Below are positions 9,460 through 14,701 of a stretch of DNA of 14,701 nt, piece after piece. The position numbers and the translations under genes were made by a program. Each line of letters starts with the position of its first letter. The first letter of the stretch is position 1. Source of the DNA: an uncultured Thermococci archaeon (GTDB lineage Archaea > CAYQAE01 > CAYVLA01); contig CAZJVP010000046.1 of NCBI GenBank assembly GCA_964549615.1, forward strand, positions 1 through 14,701. The letters run 5' to 3'. The notes under the pieces were generated by a model. It made no database searches. It was not told where the DNA came from and worked only from the letters and a program-made list of their open reading frames with translations.

Positions 9460-9896
9460 AGGACCCGTATCCTGTGCCTGCGGATAAGCCGCGGAAGCCT
9501 GACCGTCAAGATCCCCCTCCTGAAGTCCGCTTTTGCCTGCTCCGGGTCGACCTCGGCGGGAAGGGGGATGACTTTGCGGTAGCACTCGAAGTCGGCCTCC
9601 CTTTGCACGGTTCCCCACCTCCTGAAACAGATCGGCCGACTCATCTTGGCCCTGATCTCAACGGAGTTCTCCGTGCAATGGACCTCCAGGTCGTTCTTGT
9701 CGCGGACGCAGGGTAGGTCTACGGTCACCACTATCTCGTTCTCCAGCTCGAGCACCTCGTGAAGGGGCTCCAGGGTCTTCTCGGCCAGGTCCCAGGTCGG
9801 ACCGAACCCCTCCCTGAGCATCTGCATGAGGCGCTTCTCCAGCCTTGCCATGCGCCTTTCGATGAGCTCGAACGGATCCTCGTCCACGGAGACCAC
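9456..9896 (-). CDS. hsp20: Small heat-shock protein (Hsp20/alpha-crystallin)
   Basis: EPLHEV...VTVDLP, IPLPAEVDPEQAKADFRRGILTVRLP and C-terminal IxI-type IRV; GTG start abuts the upstream TAG. Confidence 0.93.
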   Translation of the reverse strand: MVSVDEDPFELIERRMARLEKRLMQMLREGFGPTWDLAEKTLEPLHEVLELENEIVVTVDLPCVRDKNDLEVHCTENSVEIRAKMSRPICFRRWGTVQREADFECYRKVIPLPAEVDPEQAKADFRRGILTVRLPRLIRRHRIRVL

Positions 9897-10637
9897 CTAG
9901 ACGTACATCGAGGGGAGTTCGTATTCGCGTTCCTTGCCCGAGTCCCGCATGACCTTCTCGGTGCTCCTCATCAGATCCCTCAGCTTCACCCTGATCTCCT
10001 CCGCCTTCTCCATGAGAGGCTGCACGTCGATCCTTCTGCCCAAGACGGTCGAGGCCGCCTTGAGAGCCTCAGCCGCAGCGCCGGGGTCAGGATATTGAAG
10101 ATGGGACTGGGCGAGCAGAGTGAGATTGGGGGCGCCCGTCCTCCTGCAAGCCTCCAAGATGGCCGCATAGGGACCGACCAGCATCGCCTCCTGCAGCCGG
10201 TCCACGCCCATCTTGGCGAGAAGATCGTCCTTGACGTTGACCGAAATGCCGTAGACGCGCGGAACGTCGATGTCAACCCTGTTGGGCACTGGGGCCCCGG
10301 AGAGGCTGATCGATAGGGAGCTGCCCATCGCCCCCATCCAGCCAACAAGGTCCCTAACCACGTCGCGTATGGAGGAAAGCTGGATTGCAATCTCGGATAT
10401 GACGACCACCAGATCGCCCTTGGAGTACGCCCTCATCGGCGACTTGGGTGCGCCGTCGTGAAGGACCACTATCGGCGGGAATGCGTCCGAGTCGAACGAG
10501 ACCGCCTCCTCCATCGAGAGCGATTCGATCAGATGGGATGCGGAGATGAGGCCGACCAGCCCGGCATCGGGTATGCCGACGATCACCTTCGCGTTCTTGG
10601 GAAGCTTCCCGGTCTCCTGGATCTCAAGTCTGGCCAA
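9897..10637 (-). CDS. PAC2-family proteasome assembly chaperone/activator (PbaA/PbaB-like), ~246 aa
   Basis: VGIPDAGLVGLIS, YPDPGAAA, IDVQPLMEKAEEI and C-terminal HbYX motif MYV. Start moved to TTG 10637. Confidence 0.9.
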   Translation of the reverse strand: MARLEIQETGKLPKNAKVIVGIPDAGLVGLISASHLIESLSMEEAVSFDSDAFPPIVVLHDGAPKSPMRAYSKGDLVVVISEIAIQLSSIRDVVRDLVGWMGAMGSSLSISLSGAPVPNRVDIDVPRVYGISVNVKDDLLAKMGVDRLQEAMLVGPYAAILEACRRTGAPNLTLLAQSHLQYPDPGAAAEALKAASTVLGRRIDVQPLMEKAEEIRVKLRDLMRSTEKVMRDSGKEREYELPSMYV

Positions 10638-10729
10638 GCTGGCACCAGATTTAGCTATCCGCGAAACCCTGAAATAGCTATCGCAGGCCGGCTGGAGAGG
10701 GCCCAAACATGACCACCGGCGGGAGCCGC

Positions 10730-11287
10730 CTAGGACTGCCCGCCCTCGACCTTCTCCTCGTATGCAGACTCGACTATCAGCCTCGCCTTCTCGGTTTCAC
10801 CGAGCCTGATGAGCAGCTCCACGTACTCCCTTTCGGCGGGCGTAAGGAGGTGCTGGGCGCGGTCCTTCTTCTTGGCCTCGTACTGCTGCTGCACGAATTC
10901 CTTGGCCCTCTCCGTCTCTCCCATCGATATCAGGAGCTGGACGTACTCCCTGTCAAGATCCGTCAGGAGCCTCTCCTCGGATTCCGCCCTCGCCTTGTAG
11001 GCCGCCTCCACCATCTGGAGGGCGCGCTCGTTCTCCCCCCGCTCGATCAGGCTCTCCACGTGCTCGCGGTCCTTGGGCGAGAGGAGGGCTGTGTCGGATC
11101 GGGACCTGCGCTTGTATGCCTGCTCCACCAGCCTGAGCACTTTCTCCTTTTCCCCAAGCTTGACCATGAGCTCTGCGTATTCGGCCTCGATCGGGTCCAG
11201 GAGTTTGGTGAGGGGCCTTTCCTCGTCCTTCTCGGACTTCTCCAGCTCGTGCCGCTTTCTTCCCAGGAGCGCCAAGTCGGTGCCCAA
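10730..11287 (-). CDS. Hypothetical helical protein with four ~39-aa internal repeats
   Basis: Clear protein-level repeats with degenerate DNA, coding-like composition, TTG start preceded by GAGG and by TTTTTAA ~25 bp upstream. Confidence 0.85.
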   Translation of the reverse strand: MGTDLALLGRKRHELEKSEKDEERPLTKLLDPIEAEYAELMVKLGEKEKVLRLVEQAYKRRSRSDTALLSPKDREHVESLIERGENERALQMVEAAYKARAESEERLLTDLDREYVQLLISMGETERAKEFVQQQYEAKKKDRAQHLLTPAEREYVELLIRLGETEKARLIVESAYEEKVEGGQS

Positions 11288-11306
11288 CCTCTCGTGCGGT
11301 GCAGGC

Positions 11307-11316
11307 TCTTAAAAAC
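11307..11316 (-). promoter_or_regulatory. Putative TATA box of the repeat-protein gene
   Basis: Minus strand GTTTTTAAGA about 20-30 bp upstream of start 11287. Confidence 0.5.
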
Positions 11317-11550
11317 ATGCGCGGCGGGCGGTCAGGAGATTTCGATGGCTGATGAAGGCGATTCCTACCACATGTCGAGACGTCCAAGAGCGCGTCGTTG
11401 CGCTCCTAGGAATCATTGTAGCGAAAAACCCCGCACCTTCCCGACGTTGTCGATCCAAGCGAGGGTGGTCTGGGTTTGGAGCGGCCAATGCAGGGCGCAA
11501 CCGGGAGGCAGGGATGCCTGCTTCTGGGCAGATTTCATGCGGCGGGCGCG

Positions 11551-12276
11551 CTACGTGAGCCTTCCGCCCGGCATGATCTCTATCCCGCTCTTGGTGATCT
11601 CGTAGGGAACGCGGGCCAGGGAATGGTTGGTCTCCCTCATCTTCCTGATGAGCAAGGTCCGCCGCAGCCGCCCTCCTTCCTCCTCAAGGGAGAGCGTGAT
11701 GACGCCGCGGGTCAGGTACTCCTCGAAGCCATAGGTGCCGAGGTACCCCTGCATGGGCTTCTCGGTCGTCATGAGGGCGGTGACACCCATCTCAAGGAGC
11801 AGGTTTGAGAGCTTGAACAGGTTGCGCCTGAGCTCCCCCCTACTCTCGTATCTTAAGCCAAGGGCCGGGATCGAGTCTATGGCGACCCGGGAGGCGCCTA
11901 TCTCCTTGCCTATCTGGTAGACCGTGGTTATCAGGGCCTCCACGCTCATGTCCCTAGGCCCAACGTAGTGCTCCCGGCTGGGCGCGCCCGATCTCGTGGA
12001 TGTCACATCAACGATGGCGAGCTTGCCAGCCGCCTCCACGGGAGCAAGATCCCATCCGAACTGTAGGCACTCCCGCCTCAGGTCTTGGGGACGCTCCTCG
12101 AAGGTCACCATTATCCCCGGCTCGTCCCACTTGGCAGCCCCCGCGTAGAGGTACTGCATGCAGAAGATGGTCTTGCCGGTGCCGGAGTCGCCCGAGAGGA
12201 GTATGGTGGCCCCCCTGGGGAACCCTCCTCCCAGGAGATCGTCCAGAGACGGTATGCCGGTCTTGACTCTATCCAT
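11551..12276 (-). CDS. Single-domain KaiC/RAD55-like (RecA-superfamily) ATPase, ~241 aa
   Basis: RVKTGIPSLDDLLGGG, Walker A GDSGTGKT, FEE, Walker B VAIDS, EEYLTRGVI and RKMR. Start moved to ATG 12276. Confidence 0.93.
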   Translation of the reverse strand: MDRVKTGIPSLDDLLGGGFPRGATILLSGDSGTGKTIFCMQYLYAGAAKWDEPGIMVTFEERPQDLRRECLQFGWDLAPVEAAGKLAIVDVTSTRSGAPSREHYVGPRDMSVEALITTVYQIGKEIGASRVAIDSIPALGLRYESRGELRRNLFKLSNLLLEMGVTALMTTEKPMQGYLGTYGFEEYLTRGVITLSLEEEGGRLRRTLLIRKMRETNHSLARVPYEITKSGIEIMPGGRLT

Positions 12277-12406
12277 CCTTACACCGCTGCCGAGTGAGGC
12301 ATTTTGGCGAATTTGCCCGGGAAACTCGACGATCATGCGATACTAATAACTCTTTCGTACTGCTTTTGGAATACTTGGAACACGCGGGCGCCGAAGAGTG
12401 CGATAT

Positions 12407-12426
12407 TCTCAAATAAAAATTTGAGA
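12407..12426. promoter_or_regulatory. Perfect 8-bp inverted repeat (operator or terminator candidate)
   Basis: TCTCAAAT-AAAA-ATTTGAGA in the AT-rich gap between two KaiC-like genes. Confidence 0.5.
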
Positions 12427-12438
12427 CGTTTGCCCGGA

Positions 12439-13398
12439 TTATTGCTCCCACCGGAATGGTTCCTCGGTGACAAGCCCCCTTCCCGTGATCTGGAAGAGAA
12501 CCCAGTGCTTGGCGTGGTCGCCGAGCCTGGTCTTGTAGACGCGGAACTTGCGCCTCAACTCGTCGTCCCGATCCAGCCTGAACTCGTAGATATCGTTTGC
12601 CAAGAAGCGCATGGTCTCCCTGTATTCGGGCGGGTGGATGTCCTCGAGCACGTAGACCCCGGTCGTGTGGTTGATCTTAAGCCTCGCCGAAAGCTTCTCG
12701 CAGAAGTAGACCACCTCTTCAAGCGGATTGTGCAGGAGCAGCTCGGACACCGAGTCCAGAAAGAAGACGCACTCGGACGGGTCCCCCTTTCGGACCGCGC
12801 TGTCTATAACCGCCAATAGCTTGGCGAGGTCCGTGATGCTCTCGGTCGTGAAGTCCTCGCTGCTCTTGTAGGTCTCGCCCAGGCGCCACGAGTACAGATC
12901 GACCACGGAAAGCTTGGCTGCGGTATGGCCGTCCTCGATCAGCGCGATCTTCTCGCGCAGCTCGTCCGGGGTCTCGTTGGTGCAGAGGTAGACGGCGTTC
13001 AGGCCATCCTTGAGGGCTTTCGCGGACACCTGGACGCAGAAGCTGGTCTTACCCGCACCGACATCGCCCTCGACGAGCACGGTGTCCCCCCGGGTCATGC
13101 CCCCCCGCGTCATGGCGTCGACGAACCCTATGCCGGTGGGAACCTTCCTCCTCTTGGTTTCCAAGGCGCGCAGAAGCTCATCCCGGGTGGGAACCCGGGT
13201 GAACCTCAGCGACTCATCGACTATGATGGTCGGAACCTGGGTCACGCGGAACTTCCGCGCGATCCTCCTATCCCTATCCACGTCGAATATCTGTAGGCTT
13301 ATCCTGCCAGGATTCTCCCTCTTGATCTCCTCCAGGAGGGCCTGTGCGTCGTCGCAGTAGGCGGCGACGTCGGCCCGGAAGAGGTATACCTTCGTCAT
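12439..13398 (-). CDS. Thioredoxin-fold domain fused to a KaiC-like ATPase, 319 aa
   Basis: aa ~1-80: VYLF-x-AAYC (degenerate CxxC), FDVDRD, cis-Pro loop VPTIIV. aa ~85-319: VPTGI, Walker A GDVGAGKT, Walker B FFLDS, YKTR. Confidence 0.88.
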   Translation of the reverse strand: MTKVYLFRADVAAYCDDAQALLEEIKRENPGRISLQIFDVDRDRRIARKFRVTQVPTIIVDESLRFTRVPTRDELLRALETKRRKVPTGIGFVDAMTRGGMTRGDTVLVEGDVGAGKTSFCVQVSAKALKDGLNAVYLCTNETPDELREKIALIEDGHTAAKLSVVDLYSWRLGETYKSSEDFTTESITDLAKLLAVIDSAVRKGDPSECVFFLDSVSELLLHNPLEEVVYFCEKLSARLKINHTTGVYVLEDIHPPEYRETMRFLANDIYEFRLDRDDELRRKFRVYKTRLGDHAKHWVLFQITGRGLVTEEPFRWEQ

Positions 13399-13408
13399 CC
13401 CGTCCCCG

Positions 13409-14128
13409 CTACACGATCTGCAGCTCTATGCCGTTGTTCGTGATCTGGTAGGGATACCGGTTCACGGCGTGCCTCGTCCCTCGCATCTTCAGTATCATGA
13501 GGTTCTTGGTCATCTTGGTGCCAGTCTCGGCGTACGTCATCACGATCACGCCGCTTGCCACGAACTCCTCCACGCCGAAGCGGCTGACGCCCTTCGTGAA
13601 ATCCGTGGTCTCGCTCACCAGCACCACGTTGCAGCCGAGCTCAAGCAGGAGGTTGTTTATCTCGTGGATCGCGTTCCTTATCTCACCCACGTCTGCGAAG
13701 TGGAAGGTGAGGGCGGGCAGGGAGTCTATGACCACCCTCTTGATGTCGTTCTTGCTGATGATCTCGTAGAGCTTGTTGGCAAAGGTCTCAACCTTGAACT
13801 CGGTCTGGATCGAATACTTCTCCTTGCTGGGCATCCTGGCCCTGGGGTTGGCCACGTCGAGCACGAAAAGGGACCCTTCCTTCTCAAGCTTGGCGAGGTC
13901 CCAGCCGAAGCGGGTCATCTCGCGCCGCACATCGCAGGGCCGTTCCTCCAACGCGACGTACAGGCCTCTTTCGCCCTTGTTGGCGCCGTGGACCAGGTAC
14001 TGCAGGCAGAAGATCGTCTTCCCAGTTCCGGAGGGGCCCGTCACCAGTATGCTGGAGTTTGCAGGAAACCCTCCCTCGATTAGGCCGTCGAGCCTTGGTA
14101 TCCCCGTTTCAATCCTTTCTATCTCCAT
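13409..14128 (-). CDS. Single-domain KaiC/RAD55-like ATPase, 239 aa
   Basis: RIETGIPRLDGLIEGG, Walker A GPSGTGKT, LEE, VVIDS, GVEEFVASGVI and LKMRG. Confidence 0.95.
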   Translation of the reverse strand: MEIERIETGIPRLDGLIEGGFPANSSILVTGPSGTGKTIFCLQYLVHGANKGERGLYVALEERPCDVRREMTRFGWDLAKLEKEGSLFVLDVANPRARMPSKEKYSIQTEFKVETFANKLYEIISKNDIKRVVIDSLPALTFHFADVGEIRNAIHEINNLLLELGCNVVLVSETTDFTKGVSRFGVEEFVASGVIVMTYAETGTKMTKNLMILKMRGTRHAVNRYPYQITNNGIELQIV

Positions 14129-14168
14129 CTGACCTTCCCCGCGCCTTGGAAACCCTCATTCGGCACAG

Positions 14169-14220
14169 TATTTATAAATAGCATTGCATAATCTATAACA
14201 TCGGCCGGTAATATATGAAT
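14169..14220. promoter_or_regulatory. Divergent promoter region with palindromic TATA box
   Basis: Perfect palindrome TATTTATAAATA (14169-14180) and a second TATA-like TAATATAT near 14209-14216, between head-to-head genes. Confidence 0.7.
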
Positions 14221-14251
14221 ATGGGACAAGCCGGCAGATGGAGCGTTGGGC

Positions 14252-14701
14252 ATGGACGAGCGCGATAGGAGCATTCTGAAATGTTTGGATAGGGACGCGA
14301 GGATGAGCCTCACGGACATAAGCAAGGAGCTCAAGATCCCCGTGACGACGATCAAGTTCAGGATCGAGAAGCTCATCGAGGAGGGGGTGATCCAGCAGTT
14401 CACCACGCTTCTAAACCCGGATGTGTTAGGTTACCAGGTCTTCGCCTTAGTGACGCTGGAAACCGAGCGCTTCTTGGTGGACGAGATAGGTAGAAAAATG
14501 GTGGATGAGCTCTCGAAGGTGCTCGTGGCGGAGCCCTGCGTGCAGTTCGCGGGCGTGACCCAGGATGGACAGGTAAGGATGATTTGCGTCTTCAAGAGCG
14601 TTGCCGATCTTGAGAAGTTCGTTTCGGACCTTGAGTCCAGGTCGGCCGTGAAGAAGGCCAGCTTTGAGATATTCAATAGGGTTGCCAAGGGCAGAGGAAT
14701 A
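14252..14701 (+). CDS. Lrp/AsnC-family transcriptional regulator (3'-truncated by window)
   Basis: Manual translation MDERDRSILKCLDRDARMSLTDISKELKIPVTTIKFRIEKLIEEGVIQQFTTLLNPDVLGY is a canonical AsnC HTH; the frame is open to the window end and is not in the ORF track. Confidence 0.92.
   Translation, partial: MDERDRSILKCLDRDARMSLTDISKELKIPVTTIKFRIEKLIEEGVIQQFTTLLNPDVLGYQVFALVTLETERFLVDEIGRKMVDELSKVLVAEPCVQFAGVTQDGQVRMICVFKSVADLEKFVSDLESRSAVKKASFEIFNRVAKGRGI

Noticed and set aside
11349-11480. CTGATGA...GAAA resembling a hammerhead ribozyme core or a C/D box
   Set aside because: Stem II lacks the closing pair, the cleavage-site base would be G, no stem I forms, and there is no downstream CTGA D box.
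10709-11605. 298-aa plus-strand ORF
   Set aside because: Antisense to the repeat protein; no recognisable motifs.
11551-14128. Calling the cluster a bona fide kaiABC circadian clock, or radA/radB
   Set aside because: Single-domain proteins without CII S/T phosphosites, no kaiA and no stand-alone kaiB; they lack the RadA N-terminal domain and carry KaiC-type motifs.

Overview
GC-rich archaeal chromosomal segment. 1-~4015: 3' part of 16S rRNA, spacer tRNA-Ala(UGC) and a complete 23S rRNA flanked by a perfect bulge-helix-bulge processing stem; no 5S gene follows. The 23S is strongly divergent and has eukaryote-like peptidyl-transferase-centre signatures (possibly Asgard-related; inference). Next come a vapBC-type toxin-antitoxin pair and an RNase P RNA gene on the minus strand. 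Then a small catabolic-looking cluster: a non-canonical HisD paralog, a TIM-barrel sugar epimerase/hydratase and a divergently transcribed Zn-dehydrogenase. Finally, a minus-strand run of three single-domain KaiC-like ATPases (one fused to a thioredoxin/KaiB-like domain), a four-repeat helical protein, a PAC2/Pba proteasome chaperone with an HbYX tail and Hsp20, divergent from a truncated Lrp/AsnC regulator. Best candidates for new biology are the Trx-KaiC triad with its proteostasis neighbours, the rewired HisD paralog and the unusual rRNA functional-centre variants. All alignments and E. coli numbering were done by eye from memory.
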